Shown here: positions 40,196-49,389 of the stretch, piece after piece
Numbering within the stretch: position 1 is the first letter of the stretch
How the letters are laid out: each line of letters begins with the position of its first letter
DNA from: Symbiobacterium thermophilum
GTDB taxonomy: Bacteria; Bacillota; Sulfobacillia; UBA995
DNA: 64,000 bases
Assembly (NCBI GenBank): GCA_020725145.1
Contig: DYFO01000003.1
Coordinates: forward strand, 1,324 to 65,323
Reading direction: 5' to 3'
The notes under the pieces: generated by a model
What the model saw: only the letters and a program-made list of their open reading frames with translations
What the model was told of the DNA's origin: nothing
Databases searched by the model: none
Program-made: the position numbers and the translations under genes

Positions 40196-41072
40196 GTCGC
40201 TCTGGCGTGGATTCGGCGAGGCCCTGTCCGGGGTGGTCAGCAACTCGGTGATGAGCGTCGCTTCCATCAGCACCGTGGCGCTCACGCTGCTGGTGTTGGC
40301 CGGCTTCCTGCTGGCCGCGGTGAACCTGAGCCATGTGGCCGGGGTGATCGAGTCGCAGATTCAGCTGCGGGTCTATCTCGACGCCAACGCGGCCGAAGAA
40401 GATGTACGCCAACTCGAGGCCCAGATCGCCGGGCAACCCGGGGTGGTTGGCTACCGCTACGTGAGCAAGGAAGAGGCCCTCGAACGGCTCCGCGGGTATC
40501 TCGGGGAGGACCAGGATCTGCTGGAAGGGGTGGAGGAACTCAACCCGCTCCCGGCGTCCTTCGAGATAAGCGTGTTGCGTCCCGATCTTGTCGAACGGGT
40601 TGCCTACGAACTACAGGGTCGGCCCGGGGTGGACAAGGTCAGCTACTCCGCCGAGGTCGTCAGGCGGTTGCTCGAAGTCACCAACGTGCTGCGCCTGGGC
40701 GGCATGACCCTGGCCTTGCTGCTGACGGGGGTAACCGTCTTCCTCATCGCCAACACCATCCGCATCACCGTGTTCGCGCGCCGCGAGGAGATCGCCATCA
40801 TGAAGCTGGTAGGGGCGACCGACTGGTACATCCGCTGGCCGTTCCTGCTCGAGGGGGTGCTCCTGGGGCTGGCGGGCGCGGCGGTGGCGGCGCTGGCCAT
40901 CGCCTTCACCTACCGCTGGTTGCTTGACATGTTCTACGACCGCTTGCCCTTCTTGCCACTGGTGACACCCCAGCCTCTTTTGCAGAAGCTCTCACTGGTC
41001 CTGCTGGGGCTGGGGGCGCTGGTGGGCGTGGTGGGTAGCCAGATCTCGGTCCGACGGCTTTTACAGGTGTGA
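40182..41072 (+). CDS. ftsX: cell division permease-like protein FtsX
   Basis: FtsX topology with an extracytoplasmic domain between TM1 and TM2. Overlaps ftsE. Confidence 0.85.
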   Translation: MATFRSLWRGFGEALSGVVSNSVMSVASISTVALTLLVLAGFLLAAVNLSHVAGVIESQIQLRVYLDANAAEEDVRQLEAQIAGQPGVVGYRYVSKEEALERLRGYLGEDQDLLEGVEELNPLPASFEISVLRPDLVERVAYELQGRPGVDKVSYSAEVVRRLLEVTNVLRLGGMTLALLLTGVTVFLIANTIRITVFARREEIAIMKLVGATDWYIRWPFLLEGVLLGLAGAAVAALAIAFTYRWLLDMFYDRLPFLPLVTPQPLLQKLSLVLLGLGALVGVVGSQISVRRLLQV

Positions 41073-42262
41073 ATCCCATGCCTGGGGGTGGGGTTGCGAT
41101 CGTGCGCCGTCTGCTCGGTTTCGGCCTCCTGGTGTGCCTGCTGGCGGCGCTGCTGGGCCCTGCCGGTGTGTTCGCCGGTGAGCTTGAACAGAAGCAGCGG
41201 GAGCTGGAAGCCCTGCAGCAGGTCATCCGCCAGCGGCAGGAGCAACTGAAGCAGGCGGAGGCGCAGCGCCGGACGTTGCAGGGGCAGTTGTCCAGCCTCG
41301 AACGCCAACTTGAGCGCACGCAGCGCGAGCTGGCCGCGATCGAGCGCCGGCTGCGCGCCACCGAGGCCGAGGTGGCCAGGGTGACCCGAGAACTGGAGGC
41401 CGCCGAGGCCCGGGTGGCCCACCGTACCCGGCTGCTGACGACCCGCTTGTCGGCGATCTACCAGCGCGGTCACGTCACCTACCTTGAGGTGCTGCTGGGA
41501 GCCACGGACTTCGCCGACTTCCTGAGCCGCCTGGAGCTTTTCCGCTTCATCCTGGCCAAAGACGTCGAGCTTTACCACCAGGTGCGCGAGGAACGGCGGC
41601 AGATCGCACTGACCAGGGCGTACCTTGAGGAGCAGCGACGGCAGATCGCCGGCCTGCAAAGGGACGCCCAGGCCAAGAAGGCGAGCATCGAGCGGCAGAC
41701 CTCCGAGCGCGAGCGGCTGCTCAGCCAGACGGAGAAGAGCATCGAGGCCTACCGGCGCGAACTTGACGAGCTGGAGGAAGAAAGCCGGCTGATCACCGCC
41801 TACATCCAGGAGCTGCTGGCCCGCCAGCGCCGTAGCTACCAGGGCCGTCTGCAGGTCATCTGGCCCGTCCCCGGCTACACCCGTATTTCCTCGCCCTTCG
41901 GCCAGCGGTTCCATCCCATCCTGCGCACCTACCGCATGCATACCGGGATCGACATACCCGCCCCCACCGGCACCCGGGTGGTGGCCGCCGAGGCCGGACT
42001 GGTGGTCCTGGCCGGCTGGGTAGGGGACCCCTCGCGCCCCAACAGCGGCTACGGCCTGACGGTGATCATCGATCACGGGGGCGGCTACTCCACGCTGTAC
42101 GCCCACCTGTCGCGCATCGAGGTGGTCCTGGGAACCGAGGTTGCGCGCGGGCAGTTGATCGGGCGGGTGGGCAGCACCGGTCTGAGCACCGGCCCCCATC
42201 TACACTGGGAGGTCAGGGTCAACGGGGTGCCGGTCGACCCCACGGGTTACCTGGTGCGGTAG
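41069..42262 (+). CDS. coiled-coil M23/LytM peptidase (EnvC-like, probable FtsEX partner)
   Basis: Signal anchor, about 230 aa of heptad-repeat coiled coil, then a LytM domain with intact HxxxD (HTGIDI) and HxH (HLHWEV). Confidence 0.75.
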   Translation: MNPMPGGGVAIVRRLLGFGLLVCLLAALLGPAGVFAGELEQKQRELEALQQVIRQRQEQLKQAEAQRRTLQGQLSSLERQLERTQRELAAIERRLRATEAEVARVTRELEAAEARVAHRTRLLTTRLSAIYQRGHVTYLEVLLGATDFADFLSRLELFRFILAKDVELYHQVREERRQIALTRAYLEEQRRQIAGLQRDAQAKKASIERQTSERERLLSQTEKSIEAYRRELDELEEESRLITAYIQELLARQRRSYQGRLQVIWPVPGYTRISSPFGQRFHPILRTYRMHTGIDIPAPTGTRVVAAEAGLVVLAGWVGDPSRPNSGYGLTVIIDHGGGYSTLYAHLSRIEVVLGTEVARGQLIGRVGSTGLSTGPHLHWEVRVNGVPVDPTGYLVR

Positions 42263-42386
42263 GCGAAACCCGCTTCAGATCATCCGGCCGGGGAAGGTTC
42301 CCGAGCTTCGCCATAGTATTGTTACCGTCGGAGTTCGACTGGCAACTCGCCCGGCCCGCGGGCCGGCTGTCGGAAGGTGAAGGCTG

Positions 42387-43622
42387 ATGTCGTGGATGTC
42401 GCGGCGCAAGGTGACCGTGCTGCTGGTGGTCCTGCTGGTATTGACCAACCTGGGGACCTACGCCATGGCTACCGGCCGCCTCCCCTGGGGAGCGAGCCTG
42501 GTTTCCCGCCACGCCCTGCCTCCCCAGTTCGACCGACTGGCAAGGGTCTACCGCCTGATCGAGTTGAGTTTCGTGCATCCCGACCGCATGGACCCCGACC
42601 GCATGGTGGAGGGGGCCATCAGCGGAATGCTCCGGACGCTGGAGGATCCTTATTCCTATTACCTCGACCCGGCCGCCTACGAGCAGTTCATGGCGGAAAC
42701 GGAAGGCGAGTACCAGGGCATCGGGGTGGTCGTGGAGTACCAGGATCCCTATACCACGGTGGTTCATCCCTTCCGTGACAGCCCGGCCGAGAAGGCGGGG
42801 GTCTGGCCCAAGGACCGCATCATCCGGGTGGACGGGCAGGATGTTGTGGGCATGCCCCTGGACGTCGTGGTGACGCTGATCCGCGGACCGGCCGGTACCC
42901 CGGTGAACCTCACCATCCTGCGGGCCAATCCCGACGGCAGCGAGCGGACGCTCGACCTTGTGATCACCCGGGCCCGGATCCTGGTGAACCCCGCCCACTT
43001 CACCATGCTGGATCCGGTGCTCGGCATCGGGTACCTCCACCTGTCCGGCTTCGACCAGCGGACGCCGGAGGTGGCCGCCAGGGCGCTGGGCGAGCTGCTC
43101 GCGCAGGGGATGCGGGCGCTGGTGCTCGACCTCCGCAACAACTCGGGCGGGCTGCTGGACGAGTGTGCTGAGGTCGCCAGGCTGTTCGTGCCCAGCGGCA
43201 AGATCGTGGACGTGGTCTACCGTGATGGCCGCCGCGAGAGCTACGAGTCGCGAACCGAAGGCTTCGGCCTGCCGGTGGTGGTGCTGATCAACGGCGGTAC
43301 CGCCAGTGCGGCCGAGATCCTGGCCGGGGCCATCCGCGACCGGGGAGTGGGGATCCTCGTAGGCACCCGCAGCTTCGGCAAGGGCTCGGTGCAGAACCTG
43401 CACTCCCTGGGAGGGGGGACGGCCCTGCGGCTGACCACCGCCCTTTACTACCTTCCCAGCGGTGCCACCGTGGACCGCGTGGGACTGGAGCCCGCCGTGT
43501 GGGTGGAGAACGCGGAACCCGCAGAGGGCGAGGAGCCGATCCGACTTGAGGACGCCGCCGACCCGCGCAACCTGCAGCTTGCCAAGGCCCTGAGCATGCT
43601 GCGGAGCCAGCTGGGCCGGTAG
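42387..43622 (+). CDS. S41 carboxyl-terminal processing protease (CtpA/CtpB-like)
   Basis: PDZ plus S41 motifs (LRNNSGGLLDE, GTASAAEILA, RSFGKGSVQ). Confidence 0.85.
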   Translation: MSWMSRRKVTVLLVVLLVLTNLGTYAMATGRLPWGASLVSRHALPPQFDRLARVYRLIELSFVHPDRMDPDRMVEGAISGMLRTLEDPYSYYLDPAAYEQFMAETEGEYQGIGVVVEYQDPYTTVVHPFRDSPAEKAGVWPKDRIIRVDGQDVVGMPLDVVVTLIRGPAGTPVNLTILRANPDGSERTLDLVITRARILVNPAHFTMLDPVLGIGYLHLSGFDQRTPEVAARALGELLAQGMRALVLDLRNNSGGLLDECAEVARLFVPSGKIVDVVYRDGRRESYESRTEGFGLPVVVLINGGTASAAEILAGAIRDRGVGILVGTRSFGKGSVQNLHSLGGGTALRLTTALYYLPSGATVDRVGLEPAVWVENAEPAEGEEPIRLEDAADPRNLQLAKALSMLRSQLGR

Positions 43623-43647
43623 CCCGAGATCCCGAGGAGGCGAGGCG

Positions 43648-44913
43648 TTGTTCCCGTTCGCGGAGGTAGCCAAGGCCATCCTGACCTTACTGCCGGACAT
43701 GCTGTTCAATCCCTTCTCACCGCGTTTTTTCCTGTTCTGGATGTTCGCCCTCGTGGTGTCCTTCCAGTACACGCGCATCGGCGAAACCGAGCGCCGCATC
43801 TACGGCCAGGTACGTAACCCGCCTTCCGCCCAGACGGTGCGGGCCATCCTTCAGGGGATCACGGCGGGAGTGGTGGGCAGCTTCCTGCTCGTCTTCGTGG
43901 GAGTGGCCTTCACCCCCGAGACGAACCTGGCCCCGCTGATCCTGCTGGCGGTGCTCTTGATGCTGATAAGTCCCCGCCTGGTCTGCCTGGCCTACGCCGG
44001 CGGGCTGGTTTCCCTGGGCCACCTGGCCTTCGGATTCCCGGCCGTCAACGTTCCCGCCCTGCTGGCGCTGGTGGCCGTGCTGCACCTGGTCGAGAGCGGG
44101 TTGATCTTCCTGAGCGGGGCGCGCTTTGCCACCCCGCTTTTCATCCGCAACGCCCACCGCGAGGTGGTGGGCGGATTCAGCCTTCAGAAGTTCTGGCCGG
44201 TTCCGCTGGTGGTGCTGTTTTTGATGACGCTGCCACCGGAAATCGTGGAGCAGGGGATCCCGATGCCCGACTGGTGGCCGTTGATACCGGTCGATCCGGG
44301 GTACCTCGAGCATCCCGGAGCCATCTTTCAGATGCTGCCGGTGGTCGCCATCATGGGCTACGGCGATGTTGCCATCACCACCACTCCGCGCCGCCGCAGC
44401 CGCCGGACGGCGGGCCAGCTCTGCCTGTACAGCCTCACCCTGCTGGGACTGGCGCTGCTGGCGGGCAGGTTCGCACCTTTTAGCTGGCTGGCGGCGGTCT
44501 TCGCTCCCCTGGGGCACGAGCTGGTGGCGCAGCGCGGGAGCCGACGCGAGCTGGCAGGCGAGCCGCTCTTGGCGCCCCGTGACCGGGGGGTGACGGTGCT
44601 GGATGCCATGCCCGATTCTCCCGCGAGCCGCGCGGGGCTCGAGACGGGTGACGTCATCCTCTCGATCAACGGACTCGAGGTGCACTCGCGCCGCGAAGCC
44701 CGTCAGGCGATGGAGATCTCTCCTCTGGCGTTGGAGCTGCTGGTACAGCGGATCGACGGCCGAGTCCAGATGCTGGTCCTGGAACGCCCGCCGGCGGGCG
44801 GGGCCCTGGGGATGATCCTGGCGCCCGAGCCGGGCGACGCTCCCCACGTGGAGATCGGCCAGGCCGGCATGCTGCTCCGGCTGTGGCGGAAGTTGCGCCG
44901 CCCGACGCACTGA
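43648..44913 (+). CDS. polytopic membrane protein with a C-terminal PDZ domain
   Basis: About 8 TM helices then a PDZ fold (GVTVLDAMPDSPASRAGLETGDVILSINGLEV). No HExxH motif, so not an obvious site-2 protease. Confidence 0.6.
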   Translation: MFPFAEVAKAILTLLPDMLFNPFSPRFFLFWMFALVVSFQYTRIGETERRIYGQVRNPPSAQTVRAILQGITAGVVGSFLLVFVGVAFTPETNLAPLILLAVLLMLISPRLVCLAYAGGLVSLGHLAFGFPAVNVPALLALVAVLHLVESGLIFLSGARFATPLFIRNAHREVVGGFSLQKFWPVPLVVLFLMTLPPEIVEQGIPMPDWWPLIPVDPGYLEHPGAIFQMLPVVAIMGYGDVAITTTPRRRSRRTAGQLCLYSLTLLGLALLAGRFAPFSWLAAVFAPLGHELVAQRGSRRELAGEPLLAPRDRGVTVLDAMPDSPASRAGLETGDVILSINGLEVHSRREARQAMEISPLALELLVQRIDGRVQMLVLERPPAGGALGMILAPEPGDAPHVEIGQAGMLLRLWRKLRRPTH

Positions 44914-47066
44914 CCCTCGGGAAACCCAAGGTGGAGGTGTCAGACTTGGACGTTTTCTTTCGCCCACGGGGTTGCGCGGTGGTCGGAGCCTCCCGCGAAC
45001 CCCGCAAGCCCGGGCACCAGGTGCTCCGCAACATGCAGGCGGTGGGCTACCCCGGGAACCTGTACCCGGTGAACCCGCGCGAAACCGCGATCGCCGGTCT
45101 TGGCTGTTACCCCAGCCTGACGGCGCTGCCGGAGCCGGTGGACCTGGTCGTGCTCTGCGTCCCCGCCGCAGCCGTCCCCGGGGTGCTCGAGGACCTGGCC
45201 GCCAGGCGGCGCGAGCGGGGGGACGTCGGGGGGCTGATCACCACACCGGGTGGGTATGCGGAGACGGGCACCGAGGAGGGGCGGGCCAGGCAGGCCGACC
45301 TTGAGCGTTTTTGCCGCGACCTGGGCATCCTTCACCTCGGGCCCAATTGCATCGGCGTGATCGACAACCGCAACCGCGTGGACACGACTTTCCTCCTGGG
45401 TACCGCCCACCAGCCCGGCGGCGTCAGCTTCCTGTCGCAGTCGGGAGCGCTCGGAGCGTGGCTCCTGCAGAGCTGGTCGTCGCGACCGCGTCCCGTCGGT
45501 TTCAACCGCTTCGTCAGCCTGGGCAACATGGTCGGTGTGGACCTGGTGGAGGCTTTGGCGTACCTGGGGGAAGATCCCGCCACCACCGCCATAGGCATGT
45601 ATCTCGAAGGATACCCGGACGCCCGCAGGCTGCTGACCACGGCCGCGGGAGTGGCCGCCCGCAAGCCGGTGGTCGTGCTCAAGGTGGGGGTCAGCGATGC
45701 CGGTCGGACGGCGGCCGCTTCCCACACCGGTGCGCTCGCGGGGTCGGACGAGCTTTATGATGCCGCGTTCCGGCAGTGCGGGGTGCTGCGGGCCCGTACC
45801 ATGGAAGAACTGATGGACACTCTGCACGCCTGCGACACCCTGCCGGAACCCCCCGGCAATCGGGTGTTCCTCATGACCCACGCGGGAGGGCCAGGGGTCT
45901 ACGCGACGGACGCCCTGGCCTCGCTGCCCGAGCTGGAATTCGCGCAAGTCCTGCCGTCGACGCGGGACCGCCTGCGCGCGATCCTTCCCCCGTTCTCCTC
46001 CGTCTGCCGACCCGAAGGCCATCTGGATATGACCGCCTCGGGCACCGTGGAGCAGCACGCCGCGGCCCTGGAGACACTCCTGGCCGACCCGGGCGTGGAC
46101 GCGGTGGTCCTGCTCGATCTGCCGACGCTCTTCCTCTCGGCGGAGGAATTGGCGGCCGGCCTGCTCGAGGCCTACCGGCGCAGCTTGGCCGCCTCGGGGC
46201 GCCCCAAACCCTTCCTTCCCTGCTTGATGGCCGGCAAGTGGGTGGTGGAAGGGCGCCGGCTTCTGGAGGAAGGCGGCATACCCACCTTCGAGACCCCGGA
46301 CCGGGCCGGCCGGGCACTGGCCAACCTCGTCCGCTACCGCGCGCTGCGCGAGGCGGCGCGCCGCGCGGCCGCCTTGGGCTCCGGGGCCGGCGCTCCGGCC
46401 GCGGCCGGCCGGCGGGTGCTCACCGAGCTCGAGGCCTACCCTCGCCTGGAGGCGTGGGGGATCGCCGTGGCCCGCTGGCGGGCGGCACGTGACGCGGCGG
46501 AGGCGGCCCGGGCGGCCCAGGAGATCGGCTTTCCGGTGGCGCTCAAGCTGGTCTCGCCGGACCTCCCCCACAAGTCGGACGCGGGGGCGGTGGCCCTCGA
46601 TCTCGACGGACCCGAGGAGGTGGCCCGGGCCTGGGAACGGGCCGAGGCCGCCGTGCGCGCCCACCATCCGGAGCTGGACCTGCGGGGAGGCCTGGTGCAG
46701 GAGATGGTGCGGGGCCGGGAGATGATCGTCGGCGGGGTCCGCGACCCCCAGTTCGGCCCGGTGGTCATGGTGGGGATGGGAGGCGTGCTGACCGAGCATT
46801 TCCGGGACGTTTCCTTCCGCTTGGCCCCGGTGGACCACCGGCAGGCCGGGGAGATGATCGGCGAGCTTGAAGCCCTGCCGGTGCTGCAGGGAGCCCGCGG
46901 GAGGCCGCCGGCCGACCTCGACGCCCTGGCCGAGGTGGTGGTCGCGGTCTCGCGTTACCTGTCGACGGCGCCGGGTCTGGTCGAACTGGACCTCAACCCG
47001 GTTATGGTAGGTGAACGCGGCCGGGGCTGCCGGGCGGTGGATGCGCTGATGGTGGTGAGCGGGTAA
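44883..47066 (+). CDS. acyl-CoA synthetase (NDP/ADP-forming), fused alpha-beta type
   Basis: CoA-binding N-terminal domain, succinyl-CoA-synthetase-like ligase domain, C-terminal ATP-grasp. No GNAT domain. Confidence 0.75.
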   Translation: MAEVAPPDALTLGKPKVEVSDLDVFFRPRGCAVVGASREPRKPGHQVLRNMQAVGYPGNLYPVNPRETAIAGLGCYPSLTALPEPVDLVVLCVPAAAVPGVLEDLAARRRERGDVGGLITTPGGYAETGTEEGRARQADLERFCRDLGILHLGPNCIGVIDNRNRVDTTFLLGTAHQPGGVSFLSQSGALGAWLLQSWSSRPRPVGFNRFVSLGNMVGVDLVEALAYLGEDPATTAIGMYLEGYPDARRLLTTAAGVAARKPVVVLKVGVSDAGRTAAASHTGALAGSDELYDAAFRQCGVLRARTMEELMDTLHACDTLPEPPGNRVFLMTHAGGPGVYATDALASLPELEFAQVLPSTRDRLRAILPPFSSVCRPEGHLDMTASGTVEQHAAALETLLADPGVDAVVLLDLPTLFLSAEELAAGLLEAYRRSLAASGRPKPFLPCLMAGKWVVEGRRLLEEGGIPTFETPDRAGRALANLVRYRALREAARRAAALGSGAGAPAAAGRRVLTELEAYPRLEAWGIAVARWRAARDAAEAARAAQEIGFPVALKLVSPDLPHKSDAGAVALDLDGPEEVARAWERAEAAVRAHHPELDLRGGLVQEMVRGREMIVGGVRDPQFGPVVMVGMGGVLTEHFRDVSFRLAPVDHRQAGEMIGELEALPVLQGARGRPPADLDALAEVVVAVSRYLSTAPGLVELDLNPVMVGERGRGCRAVDALMVVSG

Positions 47067-47079
47067 CTTTAGCTGCCCG

Positions 47080-48417
47080 CTACCTCCCGGCTTCGTCAAG
47101 TATCTCCCGCACCTTGCGGCCCGCGGCCCGCAAGGCCTCCTCGGGGCCTTTGTCGCCACGCAGGGCCAGGCCGAGCTCGTCCTGAATCACGGCGTCGATC
47201 TCGGGCCATCCGGGGTGAGGCGGCAAGGCCCGCGCCCAGGTGGCCATCTGGAAGGCGCGGGCGAGGGTCGGATTGCCGGCTGTGGCCACCTGGGCCCGCG
47301 CCGGAACCGCCCCGAAGTTGGCCGCCAGCAGCCTACCCTGAGATGTCGAGCTGAGCAGGTTGCCCAGCTCCATGGCCAGACGACGCCGCCGCGAGGCGTC
47401 GGCGCGCCCGGCTCCACGGTCGGCGGCGAGCACGGCGTAGGCGCTTACCCGCGCCACGGTGACCGGATACCCCGCCTCTCCGATCGGGTACTCGGCCACC
47501 TCGAAGCGGTCGAGGGGGGAGTGCGGCAGGTAGGCCTGCAGGGTTGAGACGGTAAGCGGCAGGATACCGACGGTCCGACGCTCGCCCAGGGCGAAGTCGC
47601 GAAAGAGCGCGCCGGTGGCTGCGGTGCCCGTCTCGGGATGGGCGACACCCTCCGCCACCAGGGCGACCAGGCGTTCGAGCGCCCTCACTCCCGTGGGCCC
47701 GTCCAGGGTATAGGCGTCCAGCCCCGGGCTCAGCACCTCCGCCCCGTCGAGGTACAGGAAGGGCCAGAGCTCGAGCTGGCCACGCAGCGCTCCCACGCCG
47801 AAGCCCCAGGCATCGATCAGCCCGTCGCCGTCACGATCGGCGGTGAGCCGGCGTGCCGCGGCCGCGAACTCCTCCCAGGTCCACCGGCCTTCCGCGGGCA
47901 GGGCTACGTTCCGCTCGGCGAACAGCGTGCGGTTCAGGACCAGCACCGGCAGGTCCAGGCTCACGGGAAACCCGACCAGCCTGCCCCGGAAGGAGCAGGC
48001 GGCCAGGGCGGCGGGACAAAAGTCGGCCTTGTCGTCAAGATAACGGTCCACCGGCTCAAGCCATCCAGGCACGAGCCACGCGTGGGGCACTCCCCGGCCG
48101 GTTCCCTCGTCAAGCGGCGCAAGATCCGGAAGGTCGGCGGGGCCGGTCACGCTGGCAAGCGCCAGCGCCAGCTCCGGCCAGTTCATCTCCACCAGGCGCA
48201 CCCTGACGCCGGGGTGGCGGGTGGCGAATTCCGCCAGCGCACCCTTGAGCCACGCGTAACGGTCGCCCGCCGCGAACCGCGGGTCATGGCCGGCGTGGCC
48301 GGGCGGGGGATTGGGCCAGCGCGGGCCGTCCCAGACCACCAGCTCCACCTCACGCATCGGAGCCCGACAGGCAAGCCCGATCAGCACCACCACCGCCAGC
48401 ACAACGGCCCGGCGCAC
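47080..48417 (-). CDS. ABC transporter solute-binding lipoprotein (family 1, sugar type), orphan
   Basis: GTG at 48417 preceded by GGGAGGAGG gives a lipoprotein signal with lipobox LIGLAC. No permease or ATPase genes adjacent. Confidence 0.75.
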   Translation of the reverse strand: MRRAVVLAVVVLIGLACRAPMREVELVVWDGPRWPNPPPGHAGHDPRFAAGDRYAWLKGALAEFATRHPGVRVRLVEMNWPELALALASVTGPADLPDLAPLDEGTGRGVPHAWLVPGWLEPVDRYLDDKADFCPAALAACSFRGRLVGFPVSLDLPVLVLNRTLFAERNVALPAEGRWTWEEFAAAARRLTADRDGDGLIDAWGFGVGALRGQLELWPFLYLDGAEVLSPGLDAYTLDGPTGVRALERLVALVAEGVAHPETGTAATGALFRDFALGERRTVGILPLTVSTLQAYLPHSPLDRFEVAEYPIGEAGYPVTVARVSAYAVLAADRGAGRADASRRRRLAMELGNLLSSTSQGRLLAANFGAVPARAQVATAGNPTLARAFQMATWARALPPHPGWPEIDAVIQDELGLALRGDKGPEEALRAAGRKVREILDEAGR

Positions 48418-48774
48418 GGCATCCTCCTCCCGGCATCGATCGTTCGGCGGCTGCCAGGATTTTCCTGCCACAACAGTCAGGCGGAGGCCTTCGCATCGGG
48501 GGGATGGGCCGGCTGCGTCCGGGGAAAGTCAAGGTCCATCACCCAGATGCGCATCTTGGCCACGCCGCCTCCTGTGGGGCGCCTAGCTACGGCCCAAGAC
48601 AGATGCGGGGGGTAGCAGGCATTGCCAGGGCCGCACGGCAATGGAATGCAAGGGCGCTCCAGTCACGCCTTGGCAGCGACGAGTTGGTCGAGAAGGCCGC
48701 TACGGTCCTGGGGCAACTGTTCGTCCACGAATACTCCCGCGGCCTGCTTCCCGGTGCGAAGGGAGAGTGAAGAC

Positions 48775-49389
48775 TTGCGGTTCCTTGCCTGGCACCAGTT
48801 GCGTTGCAGCCCGGTGGCCACCCTGGGCATGGCCGGCTTGCTCGGCCTGTGCATCCTCCTCGTCGCCGGCGCGCGGCTGGCCGTCATCAGTCTCGGCGAC
48901 GAGTTGCTGGGCCCGGCCCGGGCCCTCGCGGGCGGCGACGCCTTCGTCCTCCGGTCGCGTGTGCCGCCTCGCATCGTCGCCCTCGGATTCGGCATCGACG
49001 CCATCTGGGCGTGGGATGTCTTCTCCCCTTCCGAGCCTGCCGGGAGGCTGCCGGCCGGTGACCGGGTGGTGTCCCAGACACTGAACTTGCCCGCCGCCGT
49101 CGTGATATCCCGTGAACCGGGGCAGGTCAGCCTCCACGGGCCGATCCGCCTGTTCGGCCGGGCTATCGTCACCCACCCCGAGGTATCGGCCCGGGGGGCC
49201 GATCCCCCGCCCGTGCCCGGCGCTGACCACCAGGTGACCCCTGTCGGCCACCACCCCACGGGCGGGCCTGCCCGCTGGGGCCCGGTGGAGTCCTTCTTGT
49301 CGCCTGCCGGCAAGCTCCGCAGCCGTGGCCAAACGGCCATTGCCTGCCCAGAACAAGTGTTCGCCTTTTCTTCTCGGTGTGTGATATAA
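48775..49389 (+). CDS. hypothetical membrane-anchored protein (about 204 aa)
   Basis: TTG after GGGAGAG. High GC3 over about 190 codons. One N-terminal TM helix. Its 3' end overlaps the uvrB promoter and SOS box. Confidence 0.3.
   Translation: MRFLAWHQLRCSPVATLGMAGLLGLCILLVAGARLAVISLGDELLGPARALAGGDAFVLRSRVPPRIVALGFGIDAIWAWDVFSPSEPAGRLPAGDRVVSQTLNLPAAVVISREPGQVSLHGPIRLFGRAIVTHPEVSARGADPPPVPGADHQVTPVGHHPTGGPARWGPVESFLSPAGKLRSRGQTAIACPEQVFAFSSRCVI
49349..49364 (+). promoter_or_regulatory. LexA (Cheo-type) SOS box upstream of uvrB
   Basis: cAGAACAAGTGTTCGc matches the Gram-positive consensus CGAAC-N4-GTTCG. Lies 30 to 45 nt upstream of a TGtGATATAAT -10 element. Confidence 0.7.

Noticed and set aside
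44940-47159. 739-aa minus-strand ORF antisense to the acyl-CoA synthetase gene
   Set aside because: Antisense to a gene with clear CoA-binding and ATP-grasp motifs. Junk-like composition.
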